Shown: piece by piece, positions 36,933 through 49,734 of the stretch
How the letters are laid out: every line of letters begins with the position of its first letter
Numbering within the stretch: position 1 is the stretch's first letter
Assembly (NCBI RefSeq): GCF_037042905.1
Contig: NC_087252.1
Span: 8,806,001-8,870,000 of the forward strand
From: Lytechinus pictus
Lineage: Eukaryota
Direction: 5' to 3'
DNA length: 64,000 nucleotides
Translations under genes and position numbers: made by a program
The notes under the pieces: model-generated
Databases searched by the model: none
Told to the model about the DNA's origin: nothing
The model's input: only the letters and a program-made list of their open reading frames with translations

Positions 36933-39900
36933 GTAAGTTCCCTTTCTGTTCGTTTTTGCTTCAGTACCTCTTCTCATTGTATCTGTTCCTGACCGGGACT
37001 TGTATTTCAGATTTCACTGTTCCTGTTATAGACATTTTAATGTCATCTAAACAAAAAAATGCGTTTTCTGATTTTTCTTTAATATGGCAAATTCGGTAGA
37101 TACACCATTCAATTCAATTAACGATGATGACTTTCTTGACCTGTTTAGACCACCATTAGTAGAAGGTGAATCAAACATAAATCCCTATGTTACTTCCTTT
37201 GAAAATCATGTTACAGACAAATTTAATTCATCGTCACAAGAGTTGAATTATGATTTTGACACTGATAACCAATTTCAAAGTCCATGTTCTGAATACGTCA
37301 CCCACAACCAGTTTAATAATGTTGTTAAGGAATTTGATAACTCCTCTTTTTATCTTATACACCTTAATATTAGGAGCATTAATAAACACTTTGATGAATT
37401 ACGGTTACTTTTGAATAATCCCACCATGCAAACATTTTCAGTAGTAGGATTAACCGAAACATGGCTTTCTCATGATTCAAGCCTTCCATTCGCTCTCGAT
37501 GGATATGATCTTTTAGTTAACAACAGACAAAATAGGATGGGTGGGGGCGTTGCGTTATATGTTTCACAATCCTATGATTATGTAGTTCGAGACGAACTTA
37601 ACAGCATGACTGATACAATTGAATCTCTTTTTATTGAAATTACTATCCCTAACAGCAAAAACATTATCATAGGTGTTATATACAGGCCTCCGAGTTCGAA
37701 TATTAAATCATTTTTAGATCATCTCTCAGACTTAGTTAAAAATCCAATTTTTGATAATAAAAATTGCTTTATAATGGGCGATTTTAATATTGATTTATTA
37801 AAACAAAATAATGTCACACAAGATTTTTTGGAAACATTTTTATCCGCTTCTTACTTACCTTTAATATCTAAACCCACACGCATAGTCAATGAATCCGCTT
37901 CTCTTATTGATAATATTTTCTGTAACGTTCTTCCCCCACCCGATTCCTTCATATTACTCTCTGATATCACTGATCACTTCCCTGTCTCGACTAATTTCTC
38001 TTTAAAAGACAGATTCAATAACATATATAGCCGTCCATTAAAACGAAGAATAACACACGAAAATATAGCTCGTCTGGGTGCTAGTTTAGACGATGTTGAT
38101 TGGTCTTGTGTCTTTGATAATAATGACGTAAACTTGTCCTTTGAAAATTTTATGAACATTTTTAATTTACACTTTGACACTCATATTCCAAAACTTAGAG
38201 ATAAGACATCTAACTACAAAAAATCACCGAAGCTCCCATGGATTTCCAAATCGCTCTTGCGTTCGATAAATAGGAAGAATAATTTGTATTATAAAGATAA
38301 AATGAAACGCTCTGAGCAATCCAAACTTAAATATACTTCTTACAAAAATACATTGACAAAAATTATACGTTTAGAAAAGAAAAGATATTTTACTAACCAG
38401 TTACAACTTTACAAGCGTGATATGCAAAATACTTGGAAAGTTTTAAAACAAGCAATGAATATATCAAATAACAAATCTAATATTACAAAAATTAGATCTG
38501 GCGATGTTATTTTTGAAGATTCCCACCAAATTTGTAGTATCCTGAATAATCACTTTTCTTCAATTGGGGAAAATCTTGCAAGTAATATTCCTCCCGCAAC
38601 AAAACACTTTTCTGAATTTTTAGGCCCACCAAATTCTAGCTCAATGTTTCTCGCTCCAACTTATAATCAGGAGATAATTAATATTGTCTCTGATTTTAGT
38701 TCTAAAAAAAGTACAGGACATGATGACATCAATAAATTTCTTCTTAAGGGGGTAATATCGTCAATTGCGGATCCCCTAACTCATATTTTCAATCTGTCAC
38801 TTCTTAACGGCATTGTCCCCGAGAGCATGAAAATTGCAAAAGTCATTCCCTTGTTTAAAAAGGGTGATAAATTAGATGTTAATAATTATCGCCCTATTTC
38901 TTTGTTATCTACATTGTCGAAAATACTTGAAAAGATTATTTATAAAAGAACTGTAAATTTTTTCAAATCAAATAATATTCTTTCAAATTCCCAATTTGGA
39001 TTTAGGGAAAAGCATAGCACCACACATGCTTTATTGAGTTTCATTGAAAAAGCGGCACATTCAATCGATAAATCTTCTCATTTAATTGGTTTGTTCCTGG
39101 ACTTCTCCAAGGCCTTCGACACCATTAATCATGATATTTTACTTAACAAATTACATCATTATGGAGTGCGTGGGAAGGCCTTGGAGTGGTTCAAAAGCTA
39201 CCTCTTGAATAGGAAGCAATATGTCTTTTTAAACGGTTGCAATTCTCAAATGAAAAAAAATAATTGTGGAGTTCCCCAGGGTAGTATTTTAGGCCCGATT
39301 TTGTTTATAGTTTATATTAATGATTTTTGTAGATCATCAGACGTTCTTTCTTTCATTCTCTTTGCGGACGACTCTAACTTATTTTTTTCACATAAAAATC
39401 CTCTTCACCTTGCTAATATAATCAACTCTGAACTAGAAAATGTTACCGAATGGATAAGAGCAAATAAATTGTCACTAAATCTTCAAAAAACAAAATACAT
39501 GTTGTTTAGCAACTCCATAAATACACTTCCTGTTGATATTATTTTGGATGGAACTCCCTTGGAAAATGTATCCCATATTAAGTTTCTTGGAATAACAGTC
39601 GATAATAAGCTCTCATGGAAATTTCACATAGATAACATATGTAAAACTATTTCACGCAACATTGGTATAATTAACAAGCTTAAATTTTGTTTACCATTAT
39701 CGTCCCTGCTTACATTATATTCATCCCTTATATTGCCTTATTTAAATTATGGAATTTTAGCGTGGGGTAACACACAACAAACACTCTTAGACAAATTACT
39801 CCTATTACAAAAGAAGTCTCTACGTATTATATGTCACACGGCATATTTGTCTCATACTGACCCATTATTTTTTTAACATAGAATATTGAAAATTAAGGAC

Positions 39901-41053
39901 TTATATTTGTTTAATCTCGGTCAGTTTATGTATAACTATAACAACAACAACCTCCCAAATGTATTCAATTCAATGTTTCCAAAAAATCAATCCATTCACA
40001 ACTATCCAACAAGGCGATTGGGTGAATTTCATTTACCACTTTTAAGAACTTTGCGGGCTCAGAACACATTTATATACGATGGACCGAAGTTATGGAACTC
40101 ACTTCATAATGATATAACGAATGCAAAATCTTTGAACTCTTTTAAGACTAAATTCAAATTATCTCTATTAAAACCTTATAATATACTCCCAAATTAATTT
40201 TAATTCATCATTTCTGTCAAGTCATCATCATTATTATGTCAAGTCATCATCATTATTACTTTAAACTAAAATTAAAACATAAAATTATTATCCTTTTTTT
40301 ATTAAAAAAATCTGACACAAGTCCTTCTCAGATGTGCTCATTATTGTGTCTATCCTCTCCTCTATTTTCTCCTCTCCAGTCCGCTTATCCGCCTTCCTAC
40401 CGGTTATTTGTTTAACGGCATCAATCACATTTTTCGTGCATTATATTCTTTCCAGGTTATTTTATATATTTTTTCTCCTCTTATACACATCATTGAATCC
40501 AGTTTGCTTGAGTCCACGACGGCATGTGTTCTATCTACGTACAGCAGCACCCATCCATCTACTCAGGGCATTCTCCCCCTTTTTCCCTTTTTTTTTCTTC
40601 TCAAGTTTTTCTGGGGGGGGGGGGGGTGGGAAGGGTAGATATTTTTAGGACGGGTTGTTTTGTCCTTCACCAAACTGTATATTTTTTATTACTTTGTATT
40701 TATTTTGTGAGTATTTCCCTCTCATTTATTCATTCTTTTCTCATTTGATTATCTGTATTTATACTTTGTTATTTTGTTATTTGTTGTGTTATCTATTTCT
40801 TGAGGGGCCCACATTGTACAAGCATTGCTTTTTAGTGGGTCCCTCCATTTCCATCTTAATTTAATTTCTATTGAAAAATAGTATATATATTTAAAACCTA
40901 CAATGTGTTGCCCAAATCGTCTAAGTGTTTTTTTTTTTCACTACATATGTATAATTAATTTTGTTTGCAACGGATACAAATATTTATGTTTTATATATGG
41001 TATACAATTTGTTTTTGTTTGATGGAAGTGAAATAAATGAATTTGAATTTGAA
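36933..41053 (+). mobile_element. CR1/L2-group LINE with near-intact ORF2, long 3' UTR and (TTTGAA)n tail
   Basis: ORF2 described in the next feature. 3' UTR hairpin GAGGGGCCCAC...GTGGGTCCCTC at about 40802-40844; ends AATAAATGAATTTGAATTTGAA. Inserted into a short G-rich MITE. The 5' boundary is approximate. Confidence 0.88.
37084..40197 (+). CDS. LINE ORF2: AP endonuclease plus reverse transcriptase, one frameshift near 39870
   Basis: APE motifs LNIRS, LTETWL, GGGVALY, IYRPP, GDFNID, IDN and TDHFP; RT motifs NYRPISLL, QFGFR, DFSKAFD, GVPQGSILGP, FADD and KFLG. The 930-aa ORF continues as a 103-aa ORF in another frame. Confidence 0.93.
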
Positions 41054-42595
41054 ATATTTACAATAAATATTTTTTATTGTGGCTTTCAAAGGGGAGAGGG
41101 GCCGGGGCACGAGTCAGATGTGCCCCCCTTGATCAATCTGCCAGTGCGCTTAACAAACCTTAAAAATAATCACAGAGCTCTTCCTGCTGAGCATCGCCAG
41201 TCCACCCTCATCTTTTTTCCTCTCTGTCCCTGCATGTTTTTTCTTTTTCTTTTACAATAGGCCTAACATTAATTATGAGTTGATCATATTGGAAACTCTA
41301 AATTACAAGCTCTGCTTTCATTTTCTCTTCAAATTCTTTTCTTTCTCTGTGTTCGTCTTTAATCTGCAACTTCAAGTAATGACCTATATTTTGGATCCTT
41401 CATTTTATGGTATCTGTACCAAGATGACCTTCATTTGGTACATCCATGGTACACAATTATAATCTCATCCTGTTAAACATCTGTTTTTTAAAGCATGTTT
41501 AGTTTCTCTCTTTTTTATAATCATGACGCATATTATTCGTGTTAATAATATAAGAAAACTATAAATTACACAAGCACTGCTTCTTGTGTTCTTCTCTAAT
41601 CTGCAACTTTAAATGATATAACCATTTAAAAAATGTCTATTGAATTATAATTGTATTATTATTGTACTATTGTATCCTTTATGTTTCTTACTTGTCGGAT
41701 ATCAAACTGTAGGCCTTTTATATATTGCAGGATATGAAAATAAACCAAACTGAAACATGAACAGTCGATTCCTAACACTTTCTGTAGTATGCGGGATACC
41801 GGGATTATCAACTTTTTTAAAATAGTTTTTCCGACATTTAAAGAAAATCTGTCTTATTTACAGAAAAGTTGAGTATAAACACATTATGAAAAGTCTTTCC
41901 ACATCATTTCCGTTATATATTGGTGCATTTAAATTCAGAAAAAACGACATATTTCCGTTTCGTTTAATAATTTCATGGAGCAAATTATACAGAAATGGCA
42001 CTTGTCTGCATTGCAGACGAATGCTAAAGGGACTAGCAAGATGGCGGCAGCCAAGTGACTACGTAGGTGCCATGAGCCTAATTACATCAGGAGGGCTAAA
42101 GATATTCGTTCGACCAACCTCATTCGAATTTTTTCAATTTGATATTGCTGATTGACAAAAGTATATGAATATGATTCAAAATCTAACACTGATTCTAGAA
42201 ATGGTAACTACTGAACTTCCTTTGCCCAAATTGGCAAGATATATCAATGATTTGGAACTATTTTTTGACTGGCGGAAGAATTGGGGCTATTTTACTGTTT
42301 CAGGTGATGAATTTGATCCCATCATAGTTATCTTCATAAATGGCGATTTATTTTTAAAATGAGCTGGCTACGATACCCTTCTCTGGTCAGATATGGAATG
42401 TCAGATATATATCCTATCCAAAGGTAGTAAACATTCGACCCTCTAATTTCACATTTATTTTTTATGAATTTTTCTTAAGTGCCATTTTAACACACAAGTC
42501 TATGGGGAATGTTTTACGCGCGTGACACCTGTACGATCGCGGGCGACACTTCTTCACGCACTATCAGGTTTCCCCTTCCTTTTATTTCCGTGGGC

Positions 42596-42648
42596 GCTCC
42601 ATGCACGGAATTTCCGTGGCTCCATATGCCACGGAAATATGCTCCATG
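42596..42648. mobile_element. Transposon scar made of CACGGAA(AT) terminal fragments between GCTCCATG direct repeats
   Basis: GCTCCATG|CACGGAATTTCCGTG-GCTCCATATGC-CACGGAAATAT|GCTCCATG. Confidence 0.7.
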
Positions 42649-43699
42649 CAAGCAAGGTCAAGAGGGATCAAACCAGAGGAACTAACGATAGGCCAGCGAT
42701 GTCACCCACTCACTATATTCTGAAGTCGGGTTTAACTTAAACCTCGGCTTAAGTCCGGTCTAACTCCAGTCTAAATCTCACTTTAGTTATAGGCCTAAGT
42801 ATAACTTTAATGTTATTATTTCACTTCCGAATTCAGTTGATGAAATAATATTCAACTTTTAGAGGAGAAGGCGGGGTGGGGTGGAATTGATCTAATGCAG
42901 GGGCGGATCCATAACTTCTAAGTCTTCTTCTGAATGATGAACATTTACGATACGACAAACTTGACAAGATTAAAAAAAAGTTTTTTTTCGCTCATGTCCG
43001 GCATTTGTGAAAAATGAGGAAAACGTTAAAATGTCATCACTTTCTTATCTTATATCAAATTTTAAAGAAATTTCGAGCGTTATATGCTTGTTTGAAATTA
43101 CTCTGGGCATATTGATTCAAATCAGCACTTTTTTCTTGATTGGACTTGGCCTTTAAATCTTTCTTTAAGTCTTCAAGGTATCACACAGTGTAAAAAGATC
43201 CAAAAAGAGAAGATTTTCAGTTTAGCAGTGAGCGAACGTAATAGTGATAATTCGAATATTCTTACCAGCTATTAGTTAGTTTAAATCCATTATAGCATTA
43301 CATTTATTAACAGGATGTCCTTAAAGAAATGGTGAAATGAAATGAACGTGGATGGGACCTTAGGGAGGTGTAAAATGTATGAGATAACTAATGCTGCAAC
43401 TGTTACAACAAAGGCATAGCCTATGAAAAAAAATTATGAAATAAATATGATTTCATGTAAACACTGGAAATTAGAGACAAGGCATCCTTCATGACGGCAA
43501 GTATTTAATTACATATTTTCCAAAATATGGCCAAACTTTTGATTCAATAAATTCGCGTTACTTGCAATTAGATTCTTGATACTGATTTTCTTTTCGTTTT
43601 TTGCTTAATTGTTCAATTTGTAGTAGATAGATAGGACGGTTATTAGATTTAGCCAGAAATCATTCATTTTGATGTTATAAAATATCGATATATTATAGA

Positions 43700-44415
43700 T
43701 ATCTCTATCATCATTATCATCATCATGATCATGATCATCATCATAATCATCATCATTATCATCATCACCATCATTATATCTGGTGATAGATGATGAGAAA
43801 AATTAGCTATTGGAAGCCAAGGAATGGCGCCATGAAAACATAACACACAAAAAATACATCAGTGTGCTTATATCAGTCTTTTCTTTCTTTCTTGTGTACA
43901 AACATTGAATTGAGCTTATTTACACCACAACTTGATTGTCCTCTTGTGCCTAAACCGTACATATATACCAGAACAGTTTAACTTAAGACCTTACTTGAAA
44001 ATGTATTATTATCACCATCACTGATTACTCACCATCATTATTAGTAGCAGCAGCATCAATTTATTTCGTTATCACCATGGTCATAATCACAATTATTACA
44101 TTTTGATAACAACCACCAGCACAACCAGCACAATCAGCAACACCACCACCACCATCATCATCGTCATCATCACCACCACCACCACCGTCCACCACCATCA
44201 TCACCACCGTCATTTTCATCATCATCATCATCATCACCACCACCACTACCACTACCACCGTCATTTTCATCATCATCATCATCACCATCATCAGTCATCA
44301 TCTTCATCACCACCATTTTCATTGTCATCATTATCATCATCATCAGCAGCAGCAGCACAACCACTATCATCATCATCGTCACCATCCTCACCACCATCAT
44401 CATCTTCAAAATCAT
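43700..44415. repeat. (ATC/ACC/AGC)n low-complexity tracts
   Basis: Triplet repeats at about 43700-43780 and 44010-44415. Confidence 0.9.
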
Positions 44416-45207
44416 CAGCCTTAATATGTTTGGCAGCATTACGGGTATGAACGTATCGATATTTACAAGTCTTGGAAAAAAGCTCCTCGATTATAATACT
44501 TTGAGACATTTTTTTTTTATTTTGGTCCGATTAAAAAAAGCCCTAACCGCTTCAATAATACACCAGCAAATATATTGATATAATATTGATATTCTCTTAT
44601 CAATCTGATTTGAAATCTGTCTCGGGCATACAATATGGAGAATTTTACCCCTCCCCCCAAAAAAAAATGTGCCAATAAAACCAATTACATAATGAAATAG
44701 ACACCAACTGTCGACAAAAACCTCTCAGCTATCCATTGTGATTTCACTTGCTTGCATTTTCAAATGAATTGGTGCGCGGTAGAAAGTGTTTGCGAATGGA
44801 TTGAAAAAATACGCTATTGTCTGACACTTGTGGGGATTAGGCTATGATGGGCTAATGGTTTTAATGTCTTTTCCTCGATCTCTAGTAATTTCTGGTTCAC
44901 CTTGTTTTAATAACTCTTTTATGCTGCTGGTGACAAATAGCACCAATTATTCACTTACGGTACATCAATGTGAGTTTCAATATTCCTCTGGCGCGTTCAG
45001 AGCTATGGTTCAGCAATTCAACGCACAATCTTTTGCTAATTTTGGTGAGTGTGGTTTCGCTTCTTTTTAATAGCTTTCTCTTGGAAGTCATATAACTACA
45101 ACAATTGACAACACAAAAAAAATAAAAATGGTGGACGATGATAAATATTCAGCAATCGCAAGTGAAGTACTGTCTAATACGTTGAGGGCCGCGGTGGTTG
45201 GTGTAAT

Positions 45208-45737
45208 TTACAAATCTTCCGCAGTTTCTGGATGGGCTTGGTTCAAAGGTGATGATGTTGTCTGTGATCCTTCAACATTTCTGTACGGACTTTGATGGGC
45301 AGGAGGTTGTGTCTGGTGTGTTGTATCAGAGGTTCTATCAGTTTGCTTTGAGGGTTCCGTTGTCTGGCGTACTTCATCCGTAACCATTGAATGGCTTTTG
45401 GTTGTTGGCATGTTGGATAGCGTTGTCTGATGCCTTTCATCTGCAGTTTCGGAGTGACTTAGGTTCGAAGGTTTCGACGTCTGTTCCATATCATTGGCAG
45501 TTTCTGTACGGCCTTCTGTTGGTGTTCTAGGGCTTGAATGATTTTCATCATTAATTCCGAGTTGATTGCCGCTGGTGGGCGTTGGGCGGGAAGAAAGTTG
45601 AGTCTCTTCGATACCATTATCGTCAAAGAAACTTAATGATGGCCCATCGCTGGCATACAGCGAGTCAAAAGAGGAGTAGTCTAGTGGAGTGTCATCGAGT
45701 GCAGACTGTGAAGGGCGATTTGGTTCAGCAGGAGGTT
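45208..45737 (-). CDS. Ser/Thr/Pro-rich stalk exon of Ig-CCP protein
   Basis: Acceptor ACTGCAG (AG at 45739-45738), phase 1. Reads EPPAEPNRPSQSALDD...ETAEDL*, with mucin-like composition. Confidence 0.75.
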
Positions 45738-46499
45738 CTGCAGTAATATTTAATTTCAAAAGAAAATGTCACATTATGTATGTGTCAATAATGTGCCCAT
45801 GTGGAAGGCTTATTATATCAGAGGCATGTGATGCGATGACAGACGCCGACAAAAAGAATGCAATACATGCGATTCCTGAAAAAAAAAGGATCCTTGTTTG
45901 TATGTTCTTGTCAGTAAACTGTATTTTGTTTTTATTATTTATTACAATAATGATAAACAATTATCTTGACCCCCAGATACATTATGGCGACCGAGGAAAT
46001 GAAACAAAATTCTATGGTATTACAAATTATCATCTATTTTTTTTTTAACTGAATATAAACAGCTACAAAATTATCCGTTCAAAGGAGGAGTCCATTCTCG
46101 CAGTTCTTTTTTTGTCAGCAAATGGGTTACTGAAGAGTGTCCAAATGTTGTTATACCACAATTCACTCTTTACAGATTTATCATTGCACATGATGTACTA
46201 TTCCTTTTACTTTGGCTATTATTATATTTTTTTGGCTATTCCATTCGCCTACCGATAGCAGCGATTGGTCAATCGTTCATCCAACTGTGATGAGAAGGGT
46301 CTCTCGATATTTGCATGAGACAAAGTAAGTTTTGCTTGGAATATGATTCATGACGGTGATAAAGCACTGTAATCAATAAATAGTTTACCCTCTTTAAATT
46401 GCACATGATGCTTGACAAAAGGGTAGTGGCGTGAGCTTGATATTTTTTTCCTGAGACAGAGCCCCACGCCCGAAGAAACGTTACTGCCTTAAAGCTTAC

Positions 46500-46631
46500 C
46501 AGTTTGAACGTTCGGGAGATAAACAGGATCTTCATACCAAGAAAAGGAAGAGGATGATAGATCAGTGACATCAGGAGGAGAGTCAATATGATCAGGATCT
46601 GGTACCGGTAAATCTTCACGGACAGAAATTT
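46500..46631 (-). CDS. Acidic Pro/Ser-rich exon of Ig-CCP protein
   Basis: 132 nt, phase 1-1, AG acceptor and GTAAGC donor. Reads EISVREDLPVPDPDHIDSPPDVTDLSSSSFSWYEDPVYLPNVQT. Confidence 0.7.
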
Positions 46632-47474
46632 CTAATGAACACAAAAATTAAGAAAATATTAATGTTGGAAACTAAGGCGGAGAGCTGCGAGCACAAGCAC
46701 AAGTACGAGGCCAGACTGTCCGAGTTCAAGGTCAAGCGAAAGACCTAAGGTCAATTCTCTTGGTAAACTACTTCGGACCTCCAAGGCCGAGGAGACGTCC
46801 GAGACCAAGGAGAAATTCAATGCGACATTTGCCCTCGATCGAGGTCGGATTCGAGGTCAAGGATGGCCTCGGGGAACGCAACAGTTCAATCGATCTTCCA
46901 TCTAAAGTTCTGTTAATTTCTTGTTACAATTCCTATTTCTGGAATATTTCATGACCACCTACGTAACGCCCTCGTCCGGTACCTACCCGAGGCCAAGGAA
47001 AAGGACTTTCGACCTGCAAGGCCAATGACTAGACGTGGAGTAGGAGCACAACACTAAAAAAGGTCAAAGTAAGCCATGGGACTATGATTTTAAGTCAATT
47101 GAGAAATCCAAACACGCTCCGTGTTTTTTTAATAGTGGAAATGAAAAAGAAATGATTCAAGTCATCAATCATTAACATTAGGCCTCTAATATACCTCGTA
47201 TTCATATTTTGCCACTCAATAAAATGTAGATCTCATGACGTCTATCAAGTCACATTTTTCTTAGACAGAATCCTGATATGATTAATGATATGATATGAAA
47301 GAAGATATGATATGAATATGAAATGATATGAAAGAAGATATTAAATATAACCTTTTTATGAAATGGAAAAAAAAGGAAGAGTGGTATAGATATGCCGCCT
47401 TTTCGCAGAACTATGGAAAACATGCAAAGATGGTATGCACATACTATATATATTTAAGAGATTCAAATAATCAC

Positions 47475-47660
47475 CTTCGCATGTTGGTAGTTCGGCGGAC
47501 CAATGTCCATTTTCCAGGCAGACCAGACTATTGGTAGCCCCTTGTAGAATATAGTCTGCTCGGCAGTGGAATATCCTTATATCTCCAATGTTCCTTCCAT
47601 AACCATAGACCCCCTCCATCAAAGCATGGTTTGGTGTTGTCAGCTCTGGACACTTGTTAA
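47475..47660 (-). CDS. Sushi/CCP domain exon
   Basis: 186 nt, phase 1-1. CPEL...FHCRADYILQG...VCLENGHWSAELPTCE has the four Cys and the Trp of the CCP pattern. Confidence 0.92.
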
Positions 47661-48395
47661 CTACCAGATGGAAAGGCAAACATATCTCATACAGCGATAA
47701 TAGACCACCTTTGTAAATTATATCACTTTGTTTCATTTATTATTTCATTATTGGAGTTCTCGGAAAAAAAACAGAGCAATTAGGCCTAAGGTATATATTA
47801 CTCTGAATAAAGTGATATTTCCGTATCTTTTAAAATTATTCATATCATGATAACATTCGTATTAATTCATATTTACTGCTTTAACAAATTATTTGTTTTG
47901 TTTTAATTTAACCATATGGTAAATAACATAAGACCAACACAAAACAATTCCAATTGCTGAAAGGATCGCCTTGTCAAGATTCGATGCAATGCTATACACC
48001 ACGCTCCCGACGGCCTTAATCCACCATCTTCACCCCATCCCAATGCATCTGCCAATTTACCCTCCTATCTGGAGCTGGGATCGATTTAAATTGCTATTTG
48101 TGTACAAAAATTTCACAGAATGAGAAAAATGTCATTCCTTTTTAATCTAAAAAGATGGCTTACTTAAGGTTATCGATTGACTTCACACCAGCCCGCGCCT
48201 CATTAATTCGATTTAGAATTTCGTGCGCCCAAAATTACCCCGAGTCGGGTACGAGTTGTAGCATTCATGCCTTTTCAAAGGCTGGTGGGACTGTTGGAGT
48301 GTCATCATCTGGACATAGGCCTAAATGATAATTGTAACAACGAATGATGAAGTACATTTCCCTACCTCCCCCATGCCCCTTACTAAAAACCTTAC

Positions 48396-48581
48396 TTTTA
48401 CACATAGGAAGATCTCCTGACCATTTGCCATCGGTACATGTGAGTGTCCTTGATCCAACTAGGCGGTAATCTTCTCCGCATCCAAATGAAACTGTAGTAT
48501 CGGCTAAAACGATTTCACCGGGTTGATGTCCTGAACTGTATCTCCCATATTCAGGGGCTACAGGAACTTCACATTCAGCAG
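48396..48581 (-). CDS. Sushi/CCP domain exon (missing from the ORF track)
   Basis: 186 nt, phase 1-1, TTGCAG acceptor and GTAAG donor. Reads AECEVPVAPEYG...VSFGCGEDYRLVGSRTLTCTDGKWSGDLPMCK. Confidence 0.92.
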
Positions 48582-49166
48582 CTGCAATTGGGAAGTACAG
48601 AAATTGATGGTGAGACGCAACATCATGATATGATCACAAGGAAAATCATTGTGTTTCGGTTATGAAATTTTATTAATATTCCGTCTTGCCTTGTCTAATT
48701 TATTTTACACTATCTGAATCGTTGTTTTGTATATATAATGATTAAATTGTCATGATTGTATTGATTTTTGTAAAGTGCATAAACATACGAAGCTTGACCC
48801 CATTAGTATTTTCAATTATTCTATTGAACAATGTTAATTTCTATTTGTATTTGATAAATCTTAATCATTCACATAAACAAGCGATGCTATCCAGTGAGTT
48901 CTTTTTTTAATTTATGTCATTCATATTCTGATTTGTTCCTACTTACTTTGCCAATTTGTTTCAAATGAAGAAGAATAAATTCCATCAATCCATCAATCAA
49001 TAAAAATTGACAAATTATCATTTTGTAAGAACGTTATTGTGGCTCCCATGTAATTAAACGAAAAAACCTTAGTGGCGTCAACGTTGTTCATGATCATTCC
49101 ATACGCAGATTCATACTTTATTTCATAATTCTTGCTTGTAATCAATCGTTGTTTTGCTTGTATTAA

Positions 49167-49734
49167 AGATCAAGTCCACCCCAGAAAAATATTGATTTGA
49201 ATAAATAGAGAAAACTCAGACAAGCATTATGCTGAAAATTTCATCAAAATCGGATGTAAAATAAGTAAGTTATGACATATTAAATTTTCACTTATTTTTC
49301 ATAAAATAGTTATATGTCCCTCACTCACTATTCCTTTTGTTCTTTATTGTTTGAATTACACAGTATTTCAATTTTTACAGATTTGACAAGAAGGACCAAC
49401 TTGACTGAACAAAAAAAAAAGTTAAACAATGGTAATTCCACATGTTAAAGTAGAAATAAAAAATTTGTTTCACAGGACAATGAGGAGAAAATTATAATAT
49501 TTTATATTTCATATAATAAAATACAAGATAAATAGTGAGTGAGTGATGTCATCAAGTCCCTCATTTGCATACCGACAGGGAATTGGTATAAATGTTTTGT
49601 GAAATTAAGCGAGCTTTTACAATTTCGTAACTATCTTATTTTACATCCGATTTTGATGAAATTTTCATTGTTATGCTTGTTGGATTTTCTCTTTTTATTC
49701 AAATAAACCTTTTGTTGGGGTGGTCACTTGTCCT
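49167..49734. mobile_element. Kolobok-like MITE
   Basis: TTAA|AGATCAAGTCCACCCC ... GGGGTGGTCACTTGTCCT|TTAA. Same family as 6135-6742, with a fragment at about 43000-43152. Confidence 0.8.

Larger units (their letters stand above)
31987..42592. mobile_element. 10.6-kb composite DNA transposon with CACGGAAAT TIRs (P superfamily-like), hosting two LINEs
   Basis: TIRs CACGGAAAT(G/A)AAAGGAAGGG match at 19/20. The 8-bp TSD is GGCACTCC / GGCGCTCC. An internal 19-bp inverted pair lies at 32086-32104 and 42028-42046. Confidence 0.78.

Noticed and set aside
40334..41462. Hydrophobic ORFs after LINE ORF2
   Set aside because: T-rich 3' UTR and flank; composition artefact.
41886..42362. ORFs with YIG, CxxC and GGL resembling a P-transposase C-terminus
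   Set aside because: The similarity is weak and the frame overlaps the non-coding subterminal inverted motif, so it may be coincidental. An HMM search is needed.
44061..44509. Poly-His, poly-Asp and poly-Met ORFs
   Set aside because: Same microsatellite artefact.
46253..46450. Extra exon of the Ig-CCP gene
   Set aside because: It would need a 49-nt intron, and the in-phase frame hits TGA before the donor.
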